This document shows positions 1-18,085 of a stretch of 64,000 nt of DNA, piece after piece. This DNA comes from the human T2T-CHM13v2.0 reference genome, Homo sapiens. The stretch lies in assembly GCF_009914755.1 (NCBI RefSeq), contig NC_060934.1. One strand, written 5' to 3'. The notes below the pieces were generated by a model. The model was not told the origin of the DNA and searched no databases. It saw only the letters and a list, made by a program, of their open reading frames with translations. Position 1 is the stretch's first letter. Each line of letters begins with the position of its first letter. A program made the translations under genes and the position numbers.

Positions 1-896
1 ACATTGTGTCAGCTGTTTCCTGCTACAGCTACTATTGGGTTACTACACGTTAGCCCCTCACCCAGTATTCCCAGCATGTCCTGAGACAGCATCCACTGTC
101 CCCATTTCACAGGTGCTCAAGGACACACAGCTGGTGAGTGACAGCTGCCCCAAACCTGTGTGGTTTCTAACACTCCACAACCACCAGCTCATGACTCTGG
201 CTGAAGACGGGGGCCAGGGAGATGTCTGGGTCCACTCCCTGGGGCCCCGGGCCATCGCCCTGCCTGATGGCCTCCTGACCCCCTCCCTAGAATAACACAT
301 GTAGATGTGTTTCAGCGGAGACCCCTCTCCTTTCCAGGCCACCACACTGAAGTCTCTGCTTCTCCTGAAGGAGGGAACATTCACTGTGCTTATCAGGCCT
401 CTGAGTGACAGGCTCCTTCTGGGCTCCAGCCTGACTCATGGGATTCCCTTTCCAAGGGAGCTGCCTGCCCCTGCCTGCAGGGTGCACACAGAGCTGTGGG
501 ACTGCACAGAATGGACAGGACCCAACCCTCAGTCAAAACCCGCAGGACTGGAGGGAACAGTGAGTCCAAGCCGGGCCCGTCAGAACCTGCCCGTTTGGAG
601 ACCCTGCTGGTCTCTTCTGGAGCTGGGTCTCATAGTTATGCGGAGAGTGGTCGACAGGCCCCCTCTCCCACCCCACATGAAGCAGCCATGGTAGGAGAAG
701 CACAGAAACTGACAGAAAAGCGGGCGCTCAGGAGAGACAGAGACCAGAGAGACGTCTGGCCTGGGCCCTCTTTACCCACATGACTGATTCTCCACTTTTG
801 TTGTTCTTAAACCGAAGTGTGTTTCTGTCATTTGCTAGTAACAGAGTCCTAAAGAATGAGAACGATACCAACCATGGCCTCCTACCCCTCTTCTTA

Positions 897-1331
<435 letters not shown>

Positions 1332-1903
1332 TCAAACAAACAACCAACAAAAAAAAAAACAAGTCTATTTAAAAAATCCACAGGAAGTGACTAATAAGAG
1401 CCATATCCCAGATTTGAGGAACAGCAGCATGGACATCCCCCAGGGGCCTGAGAGAAAAGCCTGCTCTCAGCCCTGCCCCAAACCTCCCAAATCAGAGACC
1501 ACATTTTACCAAGATGCCCAGGGGATCGGTGACACAATGAAGTTTGAGAAGCACTGGGCTAGAACACGAATCTAATCAATATTTACCGAATTTTTATCTT
1601 TCTAAGATTCAAAACCCCAGAAGTTCAAAATATGCTCATACACGCCCCTCGTACTTGGGCAGCACTCACAGCCTTTCCCTGCAAAGCTCTTACATCAGCT
1701 AAACTCCCCAGGGTGGTCATGAAGAGGGCAGGGGAAGGAAAATGATGTGGCCACAACCTCAGTGAGATGTGGCAGAGCAAGGGCTAGAACCCAGGGATAG
1801 ATGTCTGGAGCCTCTCAGCAAACCTCAGCACCCGGTGGCATCCTTCACCTCCCAACGATGCCACCAGCTGGATGGGCAGAAGGAAATGCCCTCCTGCTCC
1901 TTA

Positions 1904-2143
<240 letters not shown>

Positions 2144-2252
2144 TCATGAGATGCTCTGCAGCTGAGACTTCCCTGGCCTGGGCCCCTCAACTGTTCTGGG
2201 CATGCTAGCCATACCCCCACATCCACCTTCTATCACCACTGGGGCCAGGTCA

Positions 2253-2435
<183 letters not shown>

Positions 2436-3594
2436 CTACTCGGACAAACAGTCTCAGGTAAGATGTCGTGCATGCCGCCTTCCCCACATTCAAGGCTGCT
2501 CCACCCCTAGACTCTGGGAACAGCCCTTTCTCTAAGAGTTGGAGTATCTAAAGGAGTCCACAGTCAACAATGCAGAGGACTTTACGCCGCGTCTACCTAA
2601 CTTGACTGTTATCTGGCCTTGTGTTCTAGTACTGAAGCTTTTTCCTGGCTCCAGTGGCTGGGAGCTCACCTATAGCTGAGTCCTGATGCTGAAAATCTGC
2701 CCAGTGCCCAGGTCCTCCAGGGCTGGGGCTCAGGCTCCTGATGAAGGGCAGGTCTCGGGAGCAGGGGCTGTGGCCTCTCTCATCGATGCCTGGCCTCCAC
2801 AGCACATGTGAGCACACATGGGTACTCCTAACAGGGCTGGCTAGCCCATGTGTCCCCTCCAGTGGATGCAGGTATTGAGCCTCCACAACTGTGCATGGCA
2901 GCCTGATGACCTCTTGATCTAGCACTGGTTCCCTCGCACTGTTCTCTAGACTAGCATCTGCCGGACTTCCTCCAGACCCTGATAGCTGCACAAACCCGCA
3001 AACTGGAACTTTCCAGGCTAAACTGTCTCCCAGTGGATTGTCTTCCTAGGGGCTGGTACAAACTGGTTATAACACAATTAAGAGGGCAGCTCAGGGAAAA
3101 GATAAGGGAGGGAGGCTGGAGGATGGCACAGGGTGGGGGAACGTGTGGGTATGGAAGGGAAGGAGGAAAGGAGACCCTCTGTCTAAAAATAGTCATTGAG
3201 CACATACCACTACCCCTGTGCTGGCTGGTTGGGCCACAGAACCATGACAACGAATTCTAGGCTCTGCAAACACGAACTGTTCTCCAAAATGAGCCAAGAT
3301 CATTTTAATAATCCTCCAAAACCTGTCTGTGCCGGGGGGGGCGGGGGTGGTGCATATCAAGGGACCGAAGACAGCTGTTGAGCACAAAGCCTTGAGACAG
3401 GTGGCCTGGGCAGTTCTTACAAAACACACAGCCCAGGCAGTAAATGACACAGAGGAATAAGGAGTACTCGCCAGGGGTGTTCTGACCCAACTCGGATGTG
3501 GAGCGTCTCATCACACCAGGAGAAACAGGACAGCTCCCTTGGGCCTTAAGCAACACAACCCAGAGGTGGGGAGTCTGCAAGAAGGTGACGCTCT

Positions 3595-4505
<911 letters not shown>

Positions 4506-4869
4506 TCATACCTAAGCCAAGTCAGTCCTCACAGCATCTCCGCTTGTGGAATATGAAGTACCGTTATACCCATTTCACAGACCACAGAATGAGTTTACTT
4601 GCTCAAAGTTACACAGCCAGTGAACAGTGCGACTCGATCCAAACCAGAGATCCTCATCCCCTTCTGCAGGGGAGATGCCTTCCCTCTCCACATGGTTGCT
4701 CCTCCCATCCCAGACCACCTGGGTGAAGGTTAAGAGCTCACTGCCCAAGAAGGTGCGTGGGTCCCATATGCAGGGTTGGGGGCATCCCCATCACATCAGC
4801 CTGCTACCCACAGACACCTCTGGCAGGCATGTTCAGGTGAATCTGCACTCACCAGGAATAAAAACCTAA

Positions 4870-5350
4870 ATCCTTAGGATGGATAGCCTCCTACACCCTG
4901 CAAGAGCTAGACCCCCAGACTTCATTTCCCATCTCACCCCCTCGCCTTTCCACTTTAGCCACACTGGCCTCTCCTCCCTGTCCCTGAGCACCTCACACCC
5001 CTTGGCACCTCAGGGCACCGGCATTCCCTAGACATCCATACAGCACTTCCTTCCCCTGATGCAGGTCTTTGCTCACACATCCTCTTTTCAGCCAGACCCA
5101 CCTTACTGCTAACTTAAAATCATTATCCTTACATCACCCCACCCCCACTCCTGACCCCTTTACCCTGGTCAACTTGTTCCTATGGCACCTACACTTTCAA
5201 TAACATCACATCGTTGACTTAAGGTACTGCCTGTCTTTTCCCCATAGATGATAAGTGCAGCACGGCTGAGATTTTTGTTTGTTTTATTCACATATCCCCA
5301 GTGCCTAGAACTGGGCCTGGCACAAATTAGGGTGTGTATTGGTTGCATAA
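4870..5350 (+). mobile_element. L2 3' fragment
   Basis: CCCAGTGCCTAGAAC...CCTGGCACA L2 3'-end motif. Confidence 0.65.
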
Positions 5351-5356
5351 TTTCCT

Positions 5357-5416
5357 CTAAGCATACGTTTGTTTTCAAATCATAAACTAAGCATACGTTT
5401 GTTTTCAAATCATAAA
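5357..5416. repeat. Perfect 30-bp tandem duplication
   Basis: CTAAGCATACGTTTGTTTTCAAATCATAAA x2. Confidence 0.97.
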
Positions 5417-5673
5417 ATGTATTATTTTAAAAGTGAAACAACAAATTTAAAAAGTAGCATGTCTGCCCAAGATACCTGCCACACACCCACCAAGGCCTAA
5501 CCAGAAGAGCCCTCCATATGTACACACATGCACATGCAGGTATATGAATGTGGATACTCATACATAGCACGTGCATGCACACTCATGCAGATACCCTCGC
5601 CACCTTCCCAACCCTAACCCCTCAGGGCTGAAAGGGACCTGTGAGATCATCTGGTCCCCTTCCCCTCATTTTA

Positions 5674-6393
<720 letters not shown>

Positions 6394-7887
6394 TCAGTAA
6401 TGCGAAGGCACTGGCGGGAGGGGGTTTGGCTGTTTGCTATTACAAGTCTGTAAAAGGCAGGGAGAAGCAGGATAAGAGGCTGGAGGGACATGGGGCTGGG
6501 TCATGGTAAACACAGATACCAGTCCACAAGAGGACAGGAAGAAACAGAGGTGAAAAGCCCGCTCTGAAACCAGCAGGACCGGTATGTGCCCTGGGGCAAG
6601 GCTTTCACCCTCCTTAGGCTTGTTTCCTCAGCTTACAAATGGGCTAATGGTGAGTGTATGCCTAGACTGCTGTGACGAAGACTGAGTTAACACCTGCAGG
6701 GCTCAGCTGGGTGCCCGATGGGCATTCGACATCATCATGGGGCCTCTGGCCTGTTAGATGCTTTCTTCTACATGGCAGCTTCGGATCGGCTCTTCATCTC
6801 CAGGGCTCCAGACCCTCCAGGAAGAACCTTCCCTAAATTTCCTGCCTCCTCCTCTCTTGCTGCTCAGAGGCTGCTCAGCTGTGCTAGCAAAGGTGGCAGT
6901 GGCAGGATCTGGATGGCAGGATTTCTACTATAGAGAGAGAACCCAGGCCAGTGCCAGCCAACCTGGGGTGGGCTCATTCAGAGGGCAGTGGCCCAGCTCA
7001 GCCCCTAACATGCCCTGGGACAGCAGCTGAGCCACCTCTAGGTCTGAGTCTGTTCTTCACCTGCTGAATGGGAGGGAAGGTAAATGGCCTGCAGGTCTGG
7101 GGTGTTCAAACCACAGGACCTCAGCTCCAAAGAAATCAATGATGCCTAGGAGTCCCCTGGGGAGAGGGGCAGCGGCTCAGGCACCCTCAGGATGACCAGC
7201 CTTGGAATGACCCTTTTCTCCCCTTGGTCTCATGAGCCCTCATATTTCCTTTCCCACAGTGGGGACCAAATCTCATTTGAGGACCAAAAGGGGCCAGGGC
7301 CAGAGAAGACGACTTCTCCATGTGACTACCCACAGCTCCTGCAGAAAACAGGGAGTGACCTTTGACCCTTAGCATCTGCCTCCACTTCCTCTCTTGGCAA
7401 GGGGGATCTTGTTGCTGCAAACCCACACACCTTGAGCAGAGGGTAGGAGAGGTGGTAAGGGGCAACCATCACCTAGCAATGCTTTGGAGGACACCGTGTC
7501 GCTCTGCCTGCCTATCTCATCAGTATCCAGGACCACCTAATGAGGGAGAAATCCTTGAAGCAATTTTGCGGAGAAGAAAACTGAGTCTCAAAGTGACAGC
7601 ATTTGCCCACTGTTACTAGAGAGTAAGGCAAGAGACCCAGCCCTGGGCCTGGTCCAGGGCTTTCTGGAGGCAGTTTCAAACCTAGGCCTCCGATGGCCTT
7701 AGTGTCATGCTCTTCTCCAGCCCCTGCCTCGGCTGGCTGTCCCACTACTCCTGTTGTCCTCTCCTCCCCTGCTGGGCCGTGCTGTGAGGGGAGGAGGGGA
7801 GTGAGGAAACTACTGTTCTCCCCTCTCCACTCCCAGCCACTGTACAGAGGCAGCATTCACTCTCCTCCCCACCCCAGACCCTCTTAC

Positions 7888-7942
7888 CTGGTGCAGCTGG
7901 TGGGTAGCCACCTGGGGGCGGGGGATAGCCAGGGTAGCTCAT
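7888..7942 (-). CDS. ANXA11: ANXA11 first coding segment [19 protein letters not shown] (whole exon 7888-7950, including 8 nt of 5'UTR)
   Basis: ATG at 7942-7940 in ACCATGA context; pyrimidine-rich CAG acceptor ending at 7951; CAG|GTAAGA donor. Confidence 0.98.
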
Positions 7943-8904
7943 GGTTAGATCTGGAAGAGAAGACGAAAGCACATTCAGGCTCTGCCTGAGAGCCCCTGCT
8001 GGCCCGTGGGACCCAGCTTCTTGAAAGGGCAGCCACCACCACAACTGGGACCCTGCAGAAGAAACTGCTGCATCTGCCCTGCTTGTCGCAGACCAGTTCA
8101 CTGTCTCCTGCTGGCGCCTCCAGCTAGAAACAGTACCCACCAGCATGCTGCCTGACTTCTGGGCCAGGGCCACACCCCCGGCCCCACCCACAGTGACAGG
8201 ATTCACTCCCCATGAGCCAGTTTCCTTGAAAGGCCCTCTCACTGAAGCTTTGCTCCTGCCTCTGCTGGCAAGGGTGCAGTGCGCCTCTGGGCCTGTTCTC
8301 CCACCTCAGAGGTAGAGACGCACTGCCTCATTCTCAGGACTCCAGGTCTGTCTATTTATCTTCCTGTGTCCTTATTGCCATCCCTCCAGCAACAGGGGAA
8401 GTCAGAGGCCCCTGTCTCTCTTCATTCTCCAACCTCTGGTTCATCAGGCAAGGGGACCTGGTAAGGTATGGAATCATCGTTCCTAGAAGCAAAAAGGGCC
8501 CTCAGGAGGTTCATCTGATGCAGGGTGAAGAACCAGGGCAAATGAGGCAGCATCACCCTGTTTCTGCAGTAGAGGCTGCTGATTAAGAGAAGTAAGTGAT
8601 TTGCAGATCTGTCAGTAAGGGAGGAAGAGCGGCCTGGACAGGTGCCAGGTGAGACACCTGCTCTCACGAAGTCCCTCTGAACACGGATCCCTTGGCAATG
8701 TCCCCTGCCAGTTAAATTGTGAGGAGGGACACAGATCTGCTGTGACACCAGCCACATTGTGCAACCTGCCTGCTCTTGCTAATAGCAGCTGCTGCTGCAG
8801 TCTGCAGAGACACCCAATGGCAGGCGGACATGTGAGGAAACCTGCAGGGTCCCTCAACAATCACACCTGCTCGTCTCGAGTATGTGGCTTCTTTTTACAC
8901 ACTG

Positions 8905-9075
8905 GGTTTCACGCTGCAATGCATATCAGAATCACCTGATGGGATTGTTAAAACACATTGCTGGGCTCCACCACCAAGAGTTTCTGAGACAGTGGAACCA
9001 GTTTTTGCATTTGGAACAAGTTTCCAGATGATGTTACTGGTCCAGGGAACTCACTTTGAAGACCACTGTTCTAGC
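8905..9075. mobile_element. MER5A-like hAT-Charlie DNA transposon
   Basis: CAGAATCACCTG...ACTTTGAAGACCACTG motifs. Confidence 0.7.
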
Positions 9076-9139
9076 CACGCTATCCAACTATAAGAGTCTA
9101 GCTGCCCTTCATATCTATCTTGAAGAACTGGGCATATTG

Positions 9140-9937
<798 letters not shown>

Positions 9938-10619
9938 TACATGCTGTTTTTAAGGAAGCTAAAGAACTTCCTTAAGGTACCACCGGTCCCCATAGGGTGG
10001 GCCTGGTTTTCAGCCCTACGGGTGTAGTCATTTGTTTGGGTCAGTGGGTCCAGAGGTGACCGTAGGCAAAGCCCTATGGCTTTGGAGAAAGCTGGAATTG
10101 GCTCCCTGTAGTGTGGACCAAGGACCTACTCCTTGCAGTTTTCGGTCTCTCTGAGCCCCTAAGCACGTGGTGGATGAGGTCCCCGGTGGCATCACCTTCA
10201 GAGAGGGTGTCCCTGAGGCTGGGTGGGCTGTCAGTACAAAGCCCTCCCCGTCCCGGCCCCAGCCTGACCCTTCTGCCCAGACTCCGCCAAACCCTCAGAC
10301 TTCACTGGTGAGGAGGTAATCTGGGGGATGTAAATGACCAGTAGGCCAGGAACCTTCTAATAGAAGGAACTGTCCGACAGGTGAGCAGGAAGAGCCGGGA
10401 TGGTGTCTCTGTCACCTTCCTCTCTGGAGACACCACTAGGCAGGACCTTTGAGCACCAAAGACACTCTCCACTCCTGGCCTCCTCTCAGAGAAATGAAGC
10501 CAAAAGCTCCATCCACAGCCAGGCCAGGGAAAAAACCCAAGAAACAGAAGCTGGATACCACCCTGTTCCTTATACCAAGTAAATTCCAGCCAGGCCAAAT
10601 AATACAGTGAAAGAAGTAG

Positions 10620-11560
<941 letters not shown>

Positions 11561-12038
11561 GGTGGGGCTAGAAAATGAGGCTTCCGGTTTAGATCTGTTC
11601 CCTGTGCATTTCTGCTGCATGTATGTATTGGCCATTAAACAACTTTTAAAAAGGCCCAATTCAGGTGCAGATTTCTGAGCTCACTTGAGGCTAGCCGTCT
11701 GGCCCCCAAAGTCCTGGCTGGTCTTCCAAGACTAAAAGAACACACACAGGGTCCATTCAGTTCCAGGCAGCCTTGGTAACCCTGGAGGGCCTGCAGGCCA
11801 GCCTTGATGGCGCTCGTGGAGCTCATTCTTGGGGTGGCTTTTAAGGGAGTTCCCAGCAGGAGTCAAAATCTACCTCCTGGCTAGGAGCTCTGCCCTGCAT
11901 GGCCCCACAGGGCAGGTCGACCCCACTGTGAGCTGTGGTCCTGCGACCCTGGGTCTTCCCCTCTCCCCAAGATATACCTCTAGTCCTCCGTTCTTAGAAA
12001 GAATAGCCTCATTTTTCCCTCTGTCATTCTCTGCCTGA

Positions 12039-12357
<319 letters not shown>

Positions 12358-13719
12358 GACCCCACTCTTATCTTTTAGTTCTTTTCAGGACCAAACGCCC
12401 CAGGTATGGTCTGAAGAGTGCAGGGCGGGACCTTCATCTCCCTCCAGTGGATGCTACTCCCTACCTCCCCGGACTGGTACAAGTGGGTTTTCAGGCCACG
12501 GAGACCTTATGTGGGCTCCTGTGAAATTTCTCCCCTGGGTTCTGCCCACTGCTCCAGTCTCCTGAGACCTTCTGGGATTCTGCTCAACATCAAACATCTT
12601 CCCCCTCTCTCTCAGCTTTGTTTTACATCCATGGATGCAATAAGCATGGCATTTGTGTTCTGCCAAGTAACCAAGACGAAAGGGACAACGAGGGACACTA
12701 CAGAACTGTCATACTCAGAACTCCCCAGTTCAACATCAAACACTAGGCATCATGTGGGTGCAGGCATTTAACCAGCTCTCCCCCAACTCACTCTGCCACC
12801 ACCCAGTACACATTTCTCCACATGCCCAAGTGAGGGTTCTAGCACATTTACTCTGAAGAGAGCCTGTTTATCTGCCTAATTACCCCCAGGAGAAAAGTAA
12901 ACGCAGCCCAATAGCCAGGGGTGACCTTCAGGTGGACACAGGCTCCCAGCGCTGACCAATCTCCCCCCAAGCTATCCATGTTCTAGGAGGCTAGAGGCTG
13001 CAGGATTAGCACACTGCTCTCTGACTCACACAAGCAGCATTCTTCTCCTCCTTTTCTTTGAAAATTAAGAAATCTGCTCATGGTCCAGTCTTCTGGTAAC
13101 TGTGACCTCTGCATTTTTTCAAAAGAGGCTACCGCAAGGGGCTGTCCTTGGAGAAGTCGTTCCTGGCACCCCAGGGCTGCCATATCTGGGCTCGGCAAGA
13201 CTTCTAAGGCCCTCAGGTCCCCCTCCCTAGCCTGTCCAGCACCCACTCCCCAGGAGAGAGGCAACACAGTGAGCTATAATCCAGAAGATCTGCTCTCTCT
13301 CTCTCTCTCTCTCTCTGGCATCCATGAGAATCATACCTTTCACCCTGACCAATGCCTCTCTCCTCCTTTCCTTGCATGGGGCAAGAGACATGCTTCACAC
13401 TGCTGGTGCAATTCTGATGGCTGGGGCATGTCCCCCGCTCTACGCCTGCTTCTAATCACGGCCCTCTGACATGGGGACTCACTGGAGAGGGCCTCCTGCA
13501 CACAGCAGGCAGCTGGCCTCCTTAAGGATTGGTCCAATTCTTAGAAACCTGTCTCTGGGGACCTTCTGGCCTCTGGTCCTGCCTCTCAGGGCAGGCTGCA
13601 GCACAAATACCGCCCTTCCTTCCTCACTGCGACCATCCACCTGCAGCTGTGCACCTGATTTCATCCAGCTGGGGCCCTCTCCAGTTAAATCGGTGCTTCT
13701 GGAAAACAGTCCCCTATAG

Positions 13720-14040
13720 GGCTTGTTAAAACACAGATTGCTGGGCCCCACCTCCAGAGTCTTTGAATCAGTGTCTCTGGGGCAGGGCCCAAAAAGTTGC
13801 ATTTCCAGTGGCTCCCAGGTGATGCTGATGCTGCCTGCCTGCAGGCCACACTGCTTCATCATGCATGATAATCACCTGGAGAGCTCACTAAACATGCTAG
13901 CGCCCTAGCCCCCATATTCTGGGCCTTCTAACCTGGGATAGGCCCAGGAATCTGAAGTGTAAACAAGCATACATACCCCCCAGTCCCCAGTAATTCTGAT
14001 GTAACTGGTTCTGTGGTCCACACTCTAGGAAACACTCTTT
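13720..14040. mobile_element. Two adjacent MER5-like DNA transposon fragments
   Basis: GATTGCTGGGCCCCACC.CCAGAG and ATCACCTGGAGAGCT motifs. Confidence 0.6.
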
Positions 14041-14086
14041 CCCTTAAGGTATTGGACACTCTCTAGCTCATCTGATCTCACTCTTT

Positions 14087-14556
14087 GACATGGTTTGGAT
14101 TTGTGTCCCTGCCCAAATTGTAATTTCTAATTACAATACAATCGAATTGTAATTCCCAGCATTGGAGGTGGGGCCAGGTGGGAGCTGACTGGATCATGGG
14201 GGCAGATTTCCCCCTTTGGTGCTGTTCTCATGATAGGGTTCTGGTGAGATCTGGTTGTTTAAAAGCGTGTAGCGCCTCCTCCCCACACCTCTCTTCCTCC
14301 TGCTCCAGCCAGGTTAAGATCTGCCTGCCACATGATTGTAAGTTTCCTGAGGCCTCCCCAAGCAGATGCCAGCATCATGCTTTCCCTCACTTGGAGAGCT
14401 GGCTAAAAATGCTGGTACCTTGGCTCCCATATTCTGGGCCCTTCAACCTGGCATAGGCCCAGCCTGCAGAACTGTGAGCCAATTAAACCTCTTTTCTTTA
14501 TAAATTACCCAGTTTCAGATATTTCTTTATAGTCGTGTGAGAATGGACGAATATAC
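14087..14556 (+). mobile_element. MaLR MST-family solo LTR carrying a 76-bp foreign insert
   Basis: ATGGTTTGGATTTGTGTCCC start; CTGTGAGCCAATTAAACCTCTTTTC...AATTACCCAG end. Confidence 0.85.
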
Positions 14557-14569
14557 TCTTCTTCACAAT

Positions 14570-15048
14570 AGTAAGCTCTAGGGACACAGACTAGACCTAG
14601 GCACCCCCACAGTTGTATGACAGATGCACCTGACAGCAATCACTTAAGCATACCCAGAACGACCCTATAGTCTAAGAAGAATGTGTGTTCAGAGTTCTGA
14701 GCTGAGGAACTGTGGCCAACCTGGAGATCCATTCCTTATCTATAAGGAACATCAGAACCCCTAAGCCATTCCATGGCCATACAGGAGATCAAGGCCCTTT
14801 GTTCTGCGTTAAATGAAGGTTGCCAGGTGGAGGTGGTTAGGAAGGAGGATGCTAAATTAAAATGCTATACAAACTGCATGCTTTTTACAAATAGTAGTGG
14901 TCCTTCCATCCAGCCTGCTGCCACTGGACCGCCCCATATGTAAGTCCCCTCAATAAGCCCTATGCCTTGTTCGTTGGCTCTGGGTCTCTTCTTCGGCCTC
15001 TCAAACATGGTGCCATCCCTATTAAAGTTGACAGGAGTCTGGCATGAC
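14570..15048 (+). mobile_element. ERV solo LTR, family unassigned
   Basis: LTR-like layout with TATA-like and AATAA elements and a ...GGCATGACA terminus. Confidence 0.55.
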
Positions 15049-15838
15049 AGCACTGCATCAGAAGCCAGCCTCAAAGCGTCTGGTGAATGCCAAAAGCATA
15101 GAGCAGCTATCTGGGGGTGCTTCTCAGTGGCTGCAAAACGGCCTGTTCCCTAAAGCCATGTTACGTGTACGTAAGTGTACCATTCAACTCCACAGGCTCT
15201 AAAAGGGTACTAGCTGGAGTCCCCTAACACAGGAATCTAGAAATGCTACACTGGGACAGGAGGCAACTGCCAGAGCAAGAAGAGCCTCACTGCCCCGACT
15301 CAGTCATCCCCCTACCAAAAGGGAAGCCTTGCTGTGTCTCTACCCAACAATTGGAGGTGGAGATATGGGCTCCAGCCACCAGCAAGGCTAGGCCATGCAC
15401 ATTTGCTGGTGTCCTGCCTGACTTCAGGGATACAGAAGGGAAAGGAGGGGTGGATGGTGTCAGTGCCATGCCTGGGACTCTGGACTGTCCTCCCCAGAAA
15501 GACAACACAGGGCTCATTTGGGAACAGAGCCTACACCAGGTTAATGCTGAGAGGCAAGGGCCTAGAAACATCATCTCGGGCCAGAAGCCACACAGCAGTG
15601 ACACCCCCTGCCCCTCAGGGCCTAACAGCAAACCAAGCAGACCGGGACTACAGTGGATGCTTTCATGGAGTGATTTTCCACTGGCCTTCCCCAGTCTGGT
15701 GGCTGGAATATTGATTTGTATATTAGTTTTTTTTTTTTTAACATTAGATCCTTAACCTGTTTTTACACACACACACACAATTTATTTTTTAAAATACTTT
15801 CCCCATAAGGTTGTATCCATAAAATTTAAATATATCAT

Positions 15839-16580
<742 letters not shown>

Positions 16581-16589
16581 GGAAGGAAA

Positions 16590-17395
16590 AACAAGCCATA
16601 GAATGGGAGAAAATAAATGCAAAAGACATATCTGATAAAGGGACTATTATCCAAAATATACAAAGAACTCTTAAATCTCAACAAGAAAACCTTACGATTT
16701 AAAAAATAGGCAAAAGACCTGAACAGACACTTCACCAAAGAGGATATAAGGTGGCAAATAAGCATATGAAAAGACGCTCAACATGTCATTAATAAATTGC
16801 AAATGAAAACAATAAGATACTACTATACACCTATTAGAATGGCCAAAATCCAAAACACTGATAACACCAAATGCTGGTGAGGATACAGAGCAACGGGAAC
16901 TTTCATTCATCGCTGGTGGGGATGTAAAGCGGTATAGGCACTTTGGAAGACAGTTTGGTGGTTTCTTACAAAACTAAACATAGTTTTACCAATGATCCAG
17001 CAATCATGCTCTTGGTATTTACCCAAATAAGTTGAAAACTTCTGCCGCACACAAAACCTGCTCATGGACATTCACAGTAGTGTTATTCATAATGGCCAAC
17101 AATTTGGAAGCACCCAAGGTTACACACTGTATAATTCTAACTCTACGATATTCTGGAGAAAGCAACTATGGTGACAGCAAAAAGATGAGTAGTTGCCAGA
17201 GGTCAGGGGAGGAAAGAATGAATAGGTGGATCGATGTTGCTTCCCTGATTGTAACAATATACCACTGTGGTGGGAGTGCTAATGGCGGGGGGTGCAAGTG
17301 TGGGGGCAGGGGGACAGGGAAACTCTGTGGTTTCCACTTAATTTTGCTGTAAATCTATAACCACTCTAAAAAATAAATTTTATTTAACAAATAAA
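16590..17395 (+). mobile_element. L1MB-like ORF2 end and 3'UTR fragment
   Basis: GGCAAAAGACCTGAACAGACACTTCACCAAAG and related L1 motifs. Confidence 0.85.
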
Positions 17396-17616
17396 AGGAA
17401 TACAAGCACACTGTAGGGAAATTCAAACAGAATAGAAACACACAAAATGAAAAGCAAGCATTCTTCCCTCTATCCTTGTACACAAAGGTCACCACCAAGC
17501 AGTTTTCAACGTACAGTTTAAAACACACAGAAATGTATAATACATGTATATATATTTACATAAATATATAAATGTATATGCATATGTGTTTATACATGCT
17601 CAGATATATGTACATT

Positions 17617-17790
17617 TTGTTTTGGCTTTAAGTTCTGGGATACATGTGCAGAACATGCAGGTTTGTTACATAGTTATACATGTGCCATGGTGGTTTGCTG
17701 CACCTATCAACCTGTTACCTAGGTTTTGAACCCCGCATGCATTAGGTATTTGTCCTAATGCTCTCCCTCCCTTGGCCTCCCATTCCCCAT
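17617..17790 (-). mobile_element. Short L1PA 3'-end fragment
   Basis: AAGTTCTGGGATACATGTGCAGAAC...GTGGTTTGCTGCACC. Confidence 0.85.
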
Positions 17791-17914
17791 ATATGTACAT
17801 AATTTTTTTAAAAGAGGAAAGAAACTGACGCATCTGCAAACTCTCTTCACTCCGGGAGAAGGCTCGGCTCTGGTTAAGTAATGTCTCAGGTGATAATGTG
17901 ATATAAGAAATATA

Positions 17915-18085
17915 TATCTGGCAGTCTTGTGGGACTGAGCCCTTTAACCTATAGGGTCTGCAGTGACTCCAGTTAGGGTCAGAATTGAGCTGCATTATAG
18001 GACACCCAGTTAGAGTCAGAGAATTGGTCAGTGTGGGGAAAAAAAACACACATCTGGTCGCAGGGTGAAGTGTTGAGAGTTTTGC
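17915..18085 (+). mobile_element. MER21-like LTR fragment
   Basis: GGGACTGAGCCCTTTAACCT...GTCAGAATTGA...GGACACCCAGTT. Confidence 0.55.
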
